DNA of 51,986 bases. It comes from a virus (lineage: Duplodnaviria > Caudoviricetes). Positions within the stretch are counted from its first letter, which is position 1. Each line of letters opens with the position of its first letter. The stretch is from positions 1 through 51,986 of IMG/VR virus record IMGVR_UViG_3300036766_001779, one strand, 5' to 3'. The notes under the pieces were generated by a model. It saw only the letters and a list, made by a program, of their open reading frames with translations. It made no database searches and had not been told where the DNA came from. The position numbers and the translations under genes were made by a program. This document shows, piece after piece, positions 19,775-29,025 of the stretch.

Positions 19775-22700
19775 CAGACGCAGCAGACAACACCGTACAG
19801 CTGAAAATTGGCCTCGACCCTTCGTCGATAAACGCCCTTTATGTCCAAGTGGCACAAATAGTTTCTGAATTATCCGGTCTTGTCATCCAACTAAAGGTCG
19901 ATACAAACACGCAGGAGGCCACAGACGCTGCAGGGCAGCTCGACGATGAGGTGAAGAAGGTCAACGATGAGCTCGAAGATACTGGGGCAAAAGGCAAAAA
20001 AGGCGGAGAAGAAGCGGCTGGAGGAATGAACACACTGATGGGCGCCGTGCAGGGATTGGCACAGGTCCTTGCCAGCGTCGGCCTCTCCAAGTTTCTCGGC
20101 TCCATAATCAAGTCAGCTTCTGACTCGGAAGACGCTCTTGTACGTCTTCAAGGCGCTCTGGCTGCGTCCGGCCAAGAAGTCAGCGGTTTATCCGCGCAGT
20201 ATCAACAGCTGGCCACCTCTATTCAGAAAAGCACACAGTTCAGCGACGAATCCATTCTCGATTTGATTGCCACATTAACACAGCTGGGCGTTGCATCCAA
20301 AGATATTGATGCGGCCACTCGCACAATTGCAGACTTCGCTGCTGCAACGGGCATGTCCATTGAAAACGCTGCGATGCTCGTCGGCCGTGCCCTTGAAGGC
20401 CAGATAACGAGCCTTCGCCGTTACGGCATCACCATAAATGAAGCTGCAGTTAAAGCCAGAGGAGCTGGTGCCGTGCTGGAGGAGCTGCAAAAACGGTTTG
20501 GCGGGGCTGCAGCAAATCAGGTCAACACTTTTACGGGTGCGCTGAAGGTGTCTGCAAATGCGTGGGACGACTTAAAGGAAACACTGGGCGCTGTTTTCAC
20601 GCAGGACACCGTCATACGCGAATTCCTCAAAACCGTGACCGATTTGATTGTGGGCATTAACGACTGGCTACAACAGAATCCGATACTGGCAAAAACCATT
20701 ATCTACATAACGACCGCTATCACCGGCCTTATAGCCGTAATGGGCGCACTGCAAATTGTAATGAGTTTAGGCCTTGTCAAGGCGTTTGGCACACTCGTTA
20801 CGTATTTGGTGTCTTTTTCTGTGCAGGCCACAGTTGCTTCGGCGAGCGCGAAAGCGCTGACTATCAGTCTTGTGTCTATGAAAACCGCAGCGGCAGCGGC
20901 TGCAACAGGAATTGGCATCGGTTTCGTTACTGTCGCTGTAGCAGGATTAGCTGCAGCGTATGCCGAAACAAAACGGCTCGAAGCTGAGATAAAACGATTG
21001 GAGGAAGAAGCACTGAAACAGCAGCAAGACTTCTTAGACAGACGATACGCAGGAGCCGAACGTCGTGCTCTTGCAGCTGTTGCAGTAGGCGATGAGAAGG
21101 AAGTGCAGCGAAATTTGGCAATAGCTGCAGCAGTGGGCCGCGAGAGTGAGCTGACGAATCGCATCTTTGAAGAGCGCCAAAAAATCTCTGCAGAGATTGA
21201 GAAACAACGTGCGACACTCAATCAGAGTGCGTTGGCATATGCGGACTCGTTGGGACTTGTGCGTGCAGAACTTTACAACATCGATACAATGACCGAATCG
21301 GGTGTGTCCAAGTTTATCGCCCTGCGCGGCCAAGTCGTGGCTGTTGAGCAAGCCTTACGTGATGCAGCCCTTTCGCTCGACCCAAAGCTGGGTGCAACAG
21401 CGTTTAACGACGCAATTTTAAACGCACAGACATCGGTAACGGAACTTGTAAGCAAACTGCGCCAAATGGAAGCAGCCGGCATCGATACAGGTAAGGCTTC
21501 AGGCGCCCTTCTAAAGGCTTTTGGCGATACGCTCAAGCCAAACGACGAGCTACTGAAATCGCTGCAGCAGCAGAATGCACAATATTCGGACCTTGTCAAA
21601 AAGGCGATGGACTTAGGCCTTGTTTCTCGCCAGCAGGCTATTACAGACCTTGACGCCGTCTTGATCCGCAATAAGGAGTTAGTTGCTGCAGGCAAAATAA
21701 ACGATGTATCCAACAAGCATATTGCGTTAACGAAAATTGAAAATGAACTGACCACACAGACAAAGGCTATTACACAGGCCATTGCAGCCGAGGAAGAACG
21801 GCGCGAGCAACTCGACAATCGTAAAAAGGCCGCACTCGAGAAAATTCAAGAGATACAGTTGGGAATCTTAGAAGACCAAGCCCGCGGGACCGAAACGTTG
21901 CAGGATGATTTGGCATTACTCGAAAAAAGACGTGCTATCGAACTCGCTGCAGCCAAAGGTGGGCCGGCCGAAGAAGCGGCTGCCGTTGAACTACAGTACA
22001 CACGTGACCGTTTGCAGATTGAGGAACGTATCAAACAAACGCGTGCAGATGCTGCCGCAGAGTTAGTGGCGCAAACCAAGCAGGCGCAGGATGATTTGCT
22101 GGGATTTATCGCCGGTGTTGAGGAACGTGTTATGCGCGCACAGGGCAAGGGTGCTCTCGTGGACCTACAGAAGGAAATTGCGTCCATTAACGAGCAAGTC
22201 AAAAACGTGCAGACAGAAGTTCAAGGCGGCCAGCTACAAAAGGCGGCCGAAAGCCTGCTGGCTGAGAGTGTAAAGCCTTTACGTGAAGCAGCTGAGGAAA
22301 GTCATAAAAAGTTGAAGGACTTGAACCAGCAGCTGGAAGACTTGACGGGCGAATATTTCGTTGAAAAACGGCAAGTGATTGCCTCCACAAAAGCAGGTCC
22401 AGAACGTGCCGCTGCTCTGCAGGCACTGGATGTGAAATACCGTGAAAAGGGCCTGTCTTTGAAGGACGATATCAAGTCAGCTGAGGAGCAAGCGGCAAAG
22501 GACGACGCTCTGGTGAAGGAAGGCGAAGACTTACGCCGTAAAGAGTTGGACGCTCTACAGCAGTCGGTTAATCTTCGTATTGCCGAAAATGAAATGCGTG
22601 CAGCAGCCATCGAAGAACAGAAAATACAAGAGGCTGCAATGGCCGAACAAGCACAAAAACAACTCGCGCCGGAAGTTCCTCCAGCAGGCGCAGAAGCTGC

Positions 22701-23028
22701 AGCGGCCGTGGTGGCCGTGCCAATAACGGCACCAGTCGTTACGCCCGAAGCCCTTGCACAAGTGCAGACCGTAACGGACCAAGTCAATACGGCAATTACA
22801 AACGTGGACGGAGCCTTCAGTTCAATCACAACGAGCTTGGAAGGCACCGTTACGGCGCAGCAAAATTTTGCCACAGTCTTAGCTAATTTCGCTGAAACAA
22901 CGGTGGACAAATTTGGAGAGATGACCCAAACGTACGATTCGCTTACTGCGAAATTAACGGACTTACAGACGCAGCTAAAAGCGATGTCGGGTGCTGCAGG
23001 CGAACTCGCGGATAAAGGACTTAAATAA
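19771..23028 (+). CDS. Tape measure protein
   Basis: 1085 aa, A/Q/E-rich helical; LRRYGITI and RFGGAA motifs; hydrophobic segment. Confidence 0.9.
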   Translation: MTDAADNTVQLKIGLDPSSINALYVQVAQIVSELSGLVIQLKVDTNTQEATDAAGQLDDEVKKVNDELEDTGAKGKKGGEEAAGGMNTLMGAVQGLAQVLASVGLSKFLGSIIKSASDSEDALVRLQGALAASGQEVSGLSAQYQQLATSIQKSTQFSDESILDLIATLTQLGVASKDIDAATRTIADFAAATGMSIENAAMLVGRALEGQITSLRRYGITINEAAVKARGAGAVLEELQKRFGGAAANQVNTFTGALKVSANAWDDLKETLGAVFTQDTVIREFLKTVTDLIVGINDWLQQNPILAKTIIYITTAITGLIAVMGALQIVMSLGLVKAFGTLVTYLVSFSVQATVASASAKALTISLVSMKTAAAAAATGIGIGFVTVAVAGLAAAYAETKRLEAEIKRLEEEALKQQQDFLDRRYAGAERRALAAVAVGDEKEVQRNLAIAAAVGRESELTNRIFEERQKISAEIEKQRATLNQSALAYADSLGLVRAELYNIDTMTESGVSKFIALRGQVVAVEQALRDAALSLDPKLGATAFNDAILNAQTSVTELVSKLRQMEAAGIDTGKASGALLKAFGDTLKPNDELLKSLQQQNAQYSDLVKKAMDLGLVSRQQAITDLDAVLIRNKELVAAGKINDVSNKHIALTKIENELTTQTKAITQAIAAEEERREQLDNRKKAALEKIQEIQLGILEDQARGTETLQDDLALLEKRRAIELAAAKGGPAEEAAAVELQYTRDRLQIEERIKQTRADAAAELVAQTKQAQDDLLGFIAGVEERVMRAQGKGALVDLQKEIASINEQVKNVQTEVQGGQLQKAAESLLAESVKPLREAAEESHKKLKDLNQQLEDLTGEYFVEKRQVIASTKAGPERAAALQALDVKYREKGLSLKDDIKSAEEQAAKDDALVKEGEDLRRKELDALQQSVNLRIAENEMRAAAIEEQKIQEAAMAEQAQKQLAPEVPPAGAEAAAAVVAVPITAPVVTPEALAQVQTVTDQVNTAITNVDGAFSSITTSLEGTVTAQQNFATVLANFAETTVDKFGEMTQTYDSLTAKLTDLQTQLKAMSGAAGELADKGLK

Positions 23029-25169
23029 TGGCCACAGTCGGTAAAATCACCCATACGTTGCGTGCAGTCGGTGGCGACTATAGTTCTTACAGCGCGTGGC
23101 ATACAGCTCAGGCACGCGACCTTACGGCCATGCGAAAAATCAAGGTGCTTATCACTACTGGCACGCCTGTAGTTGGGCAACTTATCACGTTTTCTAACGG
23201 CGCTACAGGCACAATTGCGACCGTCGACACAAAGAGCATCCGTTATGTAAGAGTGGGAGGCGAGCCAACGCCCGGACTGACGTGGACAACTGCGAGTTCA
23301 GCCGGTTCCGTCCTTGCTTGGGTTTATCGCGACGGCGAAATTGAAGAGCTGCTGATTTACAACGATTGGCCCAGTGGCCATACGGGCGCGGAAGTGAATA
23401 TTTCGTCCACATGGGTTACGAGCAGCAGCTGTTTTGTCCAACTTCGTGTGGCCAACGGCCATCGTCATAAAGGCCGTCTTAATAGCGGTTATTATTATGT
23501 TTGCAACAATCCCGCGCTTACACAGTCGGCTTTCAAAGTGCCGAACTACACACATTTCGAGGGCATGGGAATTGCAGCAAATGCAACGGGCTCAAACTGG
23601 GCCAACGGCCTCGTTTATCCTGCTCGCAACCTTGTAATGGATGGCTGCATCTTTAGTGGCAAGGGCATGCAGGTTGCTTCCACGCTCGGAACAATTCTTT
23701 GTAACAATCTCAGTTACAGCACTGTCATTCGCAACTGTTTATTTCTTAATTCGAAAGGCCAATATGCTCTTTATTGCACACAGTTGTCAAGCGGTTTGCA
23801 AATTATTAATAACACGATGAATTACGGATATATGGGCATGTGCGTTGGTTTTGTGAACATCACAAATATAAAGTCGCTTGTACTAAACAACTTGTTCACG
23901 TATCCCGGAAACGCGCTTAATAAATCGGGAATAGTTGGTCAGTTTATTGACAGCGCATCCGGCCATAACGCCTGTTCGACCGGCCAAGTTTGCATGATGG
24001 ACCCGCTCTACACAAGCCCGCTTACTGACATTGCAACATGGCTTACGGGCGGTTATCCAGACATGCTGTATCGTTATAAAGCCAGAACTGTCCATGAAAG
24101 TTACGACCAAGAGGTCTGGGATTTACGCTTGGCGTTTGAAGATACGCTCATTATGAAAAAGGGTGGCGACCTTACTGCGTACGGTGCAGGAAATGATTGT
24201 GCGGGCGAATTTCGGCCGGCCTTGTCTCCAGATATTGGAGCCTTTCAATTCAATTACGATATTGGCGGCCGTTCCTTTACGTTCACTCCAAAATCCAAGA
24301 ATCTTGCAGGCACGTTCCAAAAAACATTGCAGCAAACCGGCACCGATTTCTGGATTGAATACACGCGTGAAGACCAGACGACTGAAATTGATGGCCTTAT
24401 TCTGCACGGAGTTTGGCAAGTGCCGCTTGGAGCCGGCTTGGAAGGCCGTACTGCCGTCGAAGATTCCGTGCGCGAGTATTTGTGGGATTTCAAGAACATT
24501 GTGGGCGACTTAGTTGTGGATGCCAACACAGCAAATGAGCGTTTATTCGAGCGAGTCGCCCTAATGGAAATTTCGTTCGGTGACATGAGCCAAAACGGCC
24601 TGCTCGAAATAAACTTCACGTTCAAATATCCTGCTGCAGGTGTTGTTCTAACGGCCGCTTGCACGGAACTTGGCTTCTTGAAATTGGACAACACAGTGCT
24701 GTTTGATTTCGGGGCTAACGGCGAAATTGTAAATTTTGCAATGAAGCCCACTCGAGAAAACAACAATCAATTGAAGGACGTATTCCGCGGCAAGCCCGTT
24801 GTCGTGAAAAATAAGATGACGGATGACTTCGATAATATGTGGACTTTCGAAGTTACGATGACGCTCGACATGGCCCGTCTGTACGAGTTGACTGGCTTCT
24901 TGTCGTGGTTTGGCTTAGACCCCGCGGAAAAACGAATGGAAATTATGCGTGTTTGTGTTGAGCTCGCACGGCACGTTGGCTATGTTGGAAAACTGCAGCT
25001 CGACCCACATCGTAATTATTTTTCCAACATCTGGTCGGGCACAGTGGGCAACACATGGACGGGCGTGGAGTATGCGTCCTTCACACCAGGCGAGCTCACA
25101 AATGACCGTTACGTGGATTTGACTTTCGTGTTCCGTTACGGACTTAATTACGTCGCTGCGGAGTGGTAA
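23028..25169 (+). CDS. Tail tip protein (beta-helix-like N-terminus, distal-tail-like C-terminus)
   Basis: Follows the tape measure; IRNCLF/IINNT repeats; PDIGAFQ motif. Confidence 0.55.
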   Translation: MATVGKITHTLRAVGGDYSSYSAWHTAQARDLTAMRKIKVLITTGTPVVGQLITFSNGATGTIATVDTKSIRYVRVGGEPTPGLTWTTASSAGSVLAWVYRDGEIEELLIYNDWPSGHTGAEVNISSTWVTSSSCFVQLRVANGHRHKGRLNSGYYYVCNNPALTQSAFKVPNYTHFEGMGIAANATGSNWANGLVYPARNLVMDGCIFSGKGMQVASTLGTILCNNLSYSTVIRNCLFLNSKGQYALYCTQLSSGLQIINNTMNYGYMGMCVGFVNITNIKSLVLNNLFTYPGNALNKSGIVGQFIDSASGHNACSTGQVCMMDPLYTSPLTDIATWLTGGYPDMLYRYKARTVHESYDQEVWDLRLAFEDTLIMKKGGDLTAYGAGNDCAGEFRPALSPDIGAFQFNYDIGGRSFTFTPKSKNLAGTFQKTLQQTGTDFWIEYTREDQTTEIDGLILHGVWQVPLGAGLEGRTAVEDSVREYLWDFKNIVGDLVVDANTANERLFERVALMEISFGDMSQNGLLEINFTFKYPAAGVVLTAACTELGFLKLDNTVLFDFGANGEIVNFAMKPTRENNNQLKDVFRGKPVVVKNKMTDDFDNMWTFEVTMTLDMARLYELTGFLSWFGLDPAEKRMEIMRVCVELARHVGYVGKLQLDPHRNYFSNIWSGTVGNTWTGVEYASFTPGELTNDRYVDLTFVFRYGLNYVAAEW

Positions 25170-25172
25170 ACA

Positions 25173-26831
25173 ATGGTCGCTGTCCTCATAAGCAACAGTT
25201 TGCCCGGATTTGCGTTGAAAAAACTGACGAAGTCAATCAACCAGCCGGCCGTCCTACAGTTCGAATATTACGGCAGTGTTTACACGCCAGGCGGTGCGAC
25301 GCCGATGGCAATTGGCACAGAGGTCGAATATACGGACAGCGACTTGGGCTATGCTTTCAAAGGCAAAGTCAATTCGCTTGGATACAATTTCGGAGTTGGC
25401 GAAGGTCATCAATTGCGTGCTGTGGACGATTACTTTAATTTGAACAAAAACTTTGCCAATTTATTCACGTCGCCAAATTCAGCTCCGATAAATAAGCCGA
25501 CATATCGAGTTGGATTCACAGTCAAGAAGGCTTACAGTCGAGTAGCACCGCATCTTCCGCTATTCCGCGACACGCCGAAGGATGCCATCACTCGTCTGTT
25601 AACACAGCTTGGAATTGCCTTTGATACCGTTAGCTTGAACGCCGTAACGGGCATTAACACGGAAATTGACGAGCCAAATATTAAGAAGGGTGCAACGTAT
25701 GACGACTGGCTTTCGGAATTGCTCAGCCTAACGGATTCGGGCTTTGCTTATTTGGATTACGTTGACGTCGGCCACACGCCCACAATCTTCTTCGGTAATT
25801 ACGGTTCTGCAGCCACATTTGCAGTCGGTGTATCGGACTTTGGCACGCCCGCAATTATTATTCCGAACGGCACACCGCTGATGCTGAACGGCAATTTAAA
25901 TCTTCGTCGCTCCTCCAAGCGTGCAGCGACTTATACGCTGGAGGGAGCTGGCAAGTTCAAGCGTACGACGGGCAGGGACAACGTCGAGAATCCAGCAGGC
26001 CAGAGCGTTTTGGCTGCAAATATCGCGGTTTATTATCATGCCGGCTGGCCTAATGACCGTGAAATTCGTATTAAGACGCCTTGGCCGCTCGTGACAAAAC
26101 GAATGATTGACCCAGCGACAGGCGTTGCAGAAGACTATTCGCTCGTATATTTCAACTTCACATATTCCATTGTTCCGCCGTCGTTCACGTTCGTACTGCA
26201 CACGGATGATATGGAATTGAATGACGACTACATCGCCCTAAAGGACAACTGGTCAGTCCAAGTTGGATGGCTGAGTGACAACTTTTTAGGAATCGGTGCG
26301 GGCAGCCCCACGTTCGGCTATTGCCATATTTGGTGCACGAACTTAGTGGAGCCGCTAATTATTACGCAGACTGCTGCGCCGACGGAGTTGGACGGTCAAA
26401 TAACAGAGATGATTGACAAGTTCTATTACTATGAGGATTTCACAGGAGCCTTCGTTGTGTCCAGTATTCCCGAAATGCAGGCCTATTTCGATAAGCGCTT
26501 TGTCCAAGTCACTGCAGCAAACGATAGGGATGGCTCGCTGATTTGCCATATCTCAGGCTTGAACACGAGCATCAAATTAGGTGCTGTTATTTCGGGACCG
26601 GCTCCGTTCACAGATATGATTGTGAATCAAATTACATACGACTTGGAAAAACGTAACACGGACCTAATTATCTCGCCTCAACCTTTGAATGAAATTGTCG
26701 AAGAAGCCAAATTCGAGCTGCGCCGTCGTCGTGAGCTCAATTCCAACAACATCATTTTCTATCGGCCACCGGACCCGCCCGATATTTCGGACGCGTTTAA
26801 CGGCGTTCACCACGTCGAATCAGGAGCGTAA
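25173..26831 (+). CDS. Putative baseplate hub/tail tip protein
   Basis: Position; FKGKVNS and IVNQITYDL hub-like beta motifs. Confidence 0.55.
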   Translation: MVAVLISNSLPGFALKKLTKSINQPAVLQFEYYGSVYTPGGATPMAIGTEVEYTDSDLGYAFKGKVNSLGYNFGVGEGHQLRAVDDYFNLNKNFANLFTSPNSAPINKPTYRVGFTVKKAYSRVAPHLPLFRDTPKDAITRLLTQLGIAFDTVSLNAVTGINTEIDEPNIKKGATYDDWLSELLSLTDSGFAYLDYVDVGHTPTIFFGNYGSAATFAVGVSDFGTPAIIIPNGTPLMLNGNLNLRRSSKRAATYTLEGAGKFKRTTGRDNVENPAGQSVLAANIAVYYHAGWPNDREIRIKTPWPLVTKRMIDPATGVAEDYSLVYFNFTYSIVPPSFTFVLHTDDMELNDDYIALKDNWSVQVGWLSDNFLGIGAGSPTFGYCHIWCTNLVEPLIITQTAAPTELDGQITEMIDKFYYYEDFTGAFVVSSIPEMQAYFDKRFVQVTAANDRDGSLICHISGLNTSIKLGAVISGPAPFTDMIVNQITYDLEKRNTDLIISPQPLNEIVEEAKFELRRRRELNSNNIIFYRPPDPPDISDAFNGVHHVESGA

Positions 26832-26832
26832 C

Positions 26833-27066
26833 ATGGTCATTCAAAAAGGCGGTTACTGGCTCGTCGTGTCGCACACAGGCAAGATTCTTGGTCGTCACGA
26901 CACAGCTAAAGAAGCCTATGCACAACATTCGGCTGTCCTTCATTCTGAAGGACGGACCGAAGCCCATCCGAGCGGCACAAAGGAACAGTACGCTCGTGCC
27001 AAGCGCAGAGTGGAAGCCATGTCGATGGCTCAGGTCAAGAAACACACACCGTCTGGAGGAAAATGA
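26833..27066 (+). CDS. Conserved small phage protein
   Basis: IQKGGYWLVVSHTGKILGRHDTAKEA motif; AGGAG RBS. Confidence 0.6.
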   Translation: MVIQKGGYWLVVSHTGKILGRHDTAKEAYAQHSAVLHSEGRTEAHPSGTKEQYARAKRRVEAMSMAQVKKHTPSGGK

Positions 27067-27341
27067 GCATGGAAATTCAAGACGTTCTTTTCATTATCAG
27101 TTGGCTTATCGCTGTGGCAGTTCCTGCTGCTGTTGCCGTTTATAAATCCATCAAGGCCGGACAATACAAGGAGGCTGGCGAGAAATTGATGGACACCATC
27201 GAAATGGGCGACAGCAAGAAAACAAAGGACCTTGTGTCGAATCTTGTTCCAAAAAACATTCGCGAAGCGATTGTGGAGCCTTACGTCGAGAAAAAAGGCT
27301 ATCGCAAATCGCTCGCAAAAAAGGAGGCAGCACCGCAATGA
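27063..27341 (+). CDS. Membrane protein with N-terminal TM helix (holin/i-spanin candidate)
   Basis: VLFIISWLIAVAVPAAVAVY; GGAGG RBS. Confidence 0.55.
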   Translation: MSMEIQDVLFIISWLIAVAVPAAVAVYKSIKAGQYKEAGEKLMDTIEMGDSKKTKDLVSNLVPKNIREAIVEPYVEKKGYRKSLAKKEAAPQ

Positions 27342-27601
27342 GAAAAGTCCTTTGCTTGTTCGCTCTGATGGGCTTGTGTTTCCTTTCTGGCTGTTATCAT
27401 CTTGTGCCGGACAGCCATTTTGTGTTCCTGCAGAAAATTGACGAATCCGTCATGGTTGAGTATAAGGCGTACGTCACTGCAGACAAATCGCTGACACAGT
27501 TCAGCAAGGGCAATCGTTTGGAAACGGTTGCCACTTTTGAGGCGGTTCTGGAGGAGTACGGACATGGACCTGAACTTCGACCTGATGATAAACAAAAGTA
27601 A
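27338..27601 (+). CDS. Lipoprotein (o-spanin candidate)
   Basis: MRK, hydrophobic stretch, then LSGC lipobox; AAGGAGG RBS. Confidence 0.65.
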   Translation: MRKVLCLFALMGLCFLSGCYHLVPDSHFVFLQKIDESVMVEYKAYVTADKSLTQFSKGNRLETVATFEAVLEEYGHGPELRPDDKQK

Positions 27602-27893
27602 AGAAGTCTTATTCAAGTCGGACTTGATGACAAAATTTCCGAGCAAAAAAGAACGTCAACTGATGGAGCAGTTCATTTCGGACGCAGTGATGCTGGCCGT
27701 CATCATAGCTGCGAATCCACAGAGTGCCAAAAAATATGAAACGGACCGCAAAATGATTGAAGCACGTCTTTACGGACTACGTACATTGGCGGAAGCCAAA
27801 GTGGAACACGCTCTTCTTGAGATGGTCAAAGCTGCGATTCCGGACAGTGTGCCCAAACAGCTCGTTGAGTCAGTTGTGTTGTTCTTCGGCTGA
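27564..27893 (+). CDS. Hypothetical protein, last + strand gene
   Basis: ATG after GGAGGAG; overlaps the lipoprotein 3' end. Confidence 0.6.
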   Translation: MDLNFDLMINKSKEVLFKSDLMTKFPSKKERQLMEQFISDAVMLAVIIAANPQSAKKYETDRKMIEARLYGLRTLAEAKVEHALLEMVKAAIPDSVPKQLVESVVLFFG

Positions 27894-27899
27894 CCTGTT

Positions 27900-27970
27900 A
27901 AAATCGGGTGTGAGTGTGATGACAGTTTCCCCGTCATCCGATTCGTTAGAATCCTCACACCCTAATTTTT
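27900..27970 (-). ncRNA. Candidate three-way-junction RNA/terminator at the convergence of the two transcription units
   Basis: P1 gggtgtgag/ctcacaccc; on the - strand P2 gauuc-UAAC-gaauc and P3 gaugacgg-GGAAA-cugucauc. Confidence 0.5.
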
Positions 27971-28003
27971 GCCTATCAGTTTATGCCTAATAAACACCTA
28001 ATA

Positions 28004-28170
28004 CGAAACACGAAATTTCACGTTTAAACAGACTGACCCTATAAAATGCAGGTCGGACCGGTTGACCCGCCAAATTCTGCGAAGGCGACGCGAATTCTTG
28101 CATTCTAGAAGGGATGTCTGAAGTGATTAGGATGCTGGGCAGTTCGATTTCGGTGTTCAAAATGGTCAAT
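28004..28170 (-). repeat. Dispersed ~165-bp element, copy B
   Basis: Its reverse complement shares aattcgcgtcgccttc (16 bp), aatttggcg and gcattttatagggt (14 bp) with copy C. Confidence 0.85.
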
Positions 28171-28559
28171 TAGGGTTCTATTAGGATTCTTAAACGCTGT
28201 TTTGCTGCTATTTCGCTCAAATAACCCGGGTTATGAGAAGATTCGTATTTGGGCAGTACAACGACTTGCAGCGGCAAATTTCCAAACGGACATAATCGAT
28301 TCCATCCCGAATTCAACCAAGTCGTGTCCCATACGCAGGACAACATTTCATTGAACGGCCGTTTGCCCAAAAAGAAACGAGCTGGTGCCAAGCCCACAGC
28401 TACGATGATGGCTGGTTTCAAAATACAAAATTGTGTTATCGGAAATCGTGTAAACTTGAAACAGGATTCAGATGCAATTGTTAAAAGACGGCGCTGCAGC
28501 ACAGGGCCGATGTCAGAAGAATATGCAACGACGTTACAACGATAACCATGTAATGGCAT
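28170..28559 (-). CDS. Hypothetical protein; weak resemblance to the uracil-DNA glycosylase family-4 C-terminal segment
   Basis: KPAIIVAVGLAPARFFLG resembles a UDG-F4 motif; start codon uncertain. Confidence 0.3.
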   Translation of the reverse strand: MPLHGYRCNVVAYSSDIGPVLQRRLLTIASESCFKFTRFPITQFCILKPAIIVAVGLAPARFFLGKRPFNEMLSCVWDTTWLNSGWNRLCPFGNLPLQVVVLPKYESSHNPGYLSEIAAKQRLRILIEP

Positions 28560-29025
28560 GCTCTGTGGTCCAACTGTAGTGCAGCAAGCCGATGGCATCC
28601 GACACATTGAGATTGGCCGTCGTTGGCTTGAATTTAATTTTCTGTCCGTAAAAATATTTCATGCGCTTGTAAATGATGGGCTTTTTCAACTGCCCTTGCC
28701 ATATACCTGCAGACAACAGGCCAATCTTTTTGCAAGACGAAAGGCCAATAAGGATTCCAACCATCATTGACAGCTTCAAAATGGAGCCGGACTCCTTCGC
28801 TTGATTGCCGGCTCCTGCATGAAACACTCTCGGCAACTCGATGACGAGCTCACTTGGCTTGTAAATTGCAATTTGCTCACAAAGACCTTTTGCAATGACG
28901 ACTGAACGTGCAGCGTAATTCTTTTGTTTGTCATCTTCAAGACCGTAAGCCTGCAATTGCCCTTGCTTGCGTCCAAAAGCCCATCCACTAAAAAGTGTTC
29001 CAGGGTCAACAGCGAATCTGCTCAT
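28534..29025 (-). CDS. RuvC-like Holliday junction resolvase
   Basis: FAVDPG...GWA, LVIELP, W.G...K, NVSDAIGL. Confidence 0.85.
   Translation of the reverse strand: MSRFAVDPGTLFSGWAFGRKQGQLQAYGLEDDKQKNYAARSVVIAKGLCEQIAIYKPSELVIELPRVFHAGAGNQAKESGSILKLSMMVGILIGLSSCKKIGLLSAGIWQGQLKKPIIYKRMKYFYGQKIKFKPTTANLNVSDAIGLLHYSWTTEHAITWLSL

Noticed and set aside
22302-23180. 292-aa antisense ORF
   Set aside because: Shadow of the Ala/Glu-rich tape measure.
14727-26831. Diversity-generating retroelement or invertible tail-fibre cassette
   Set aside because: No reverse transcriptase, recombinase or TR/VR-like repeat pair seen.
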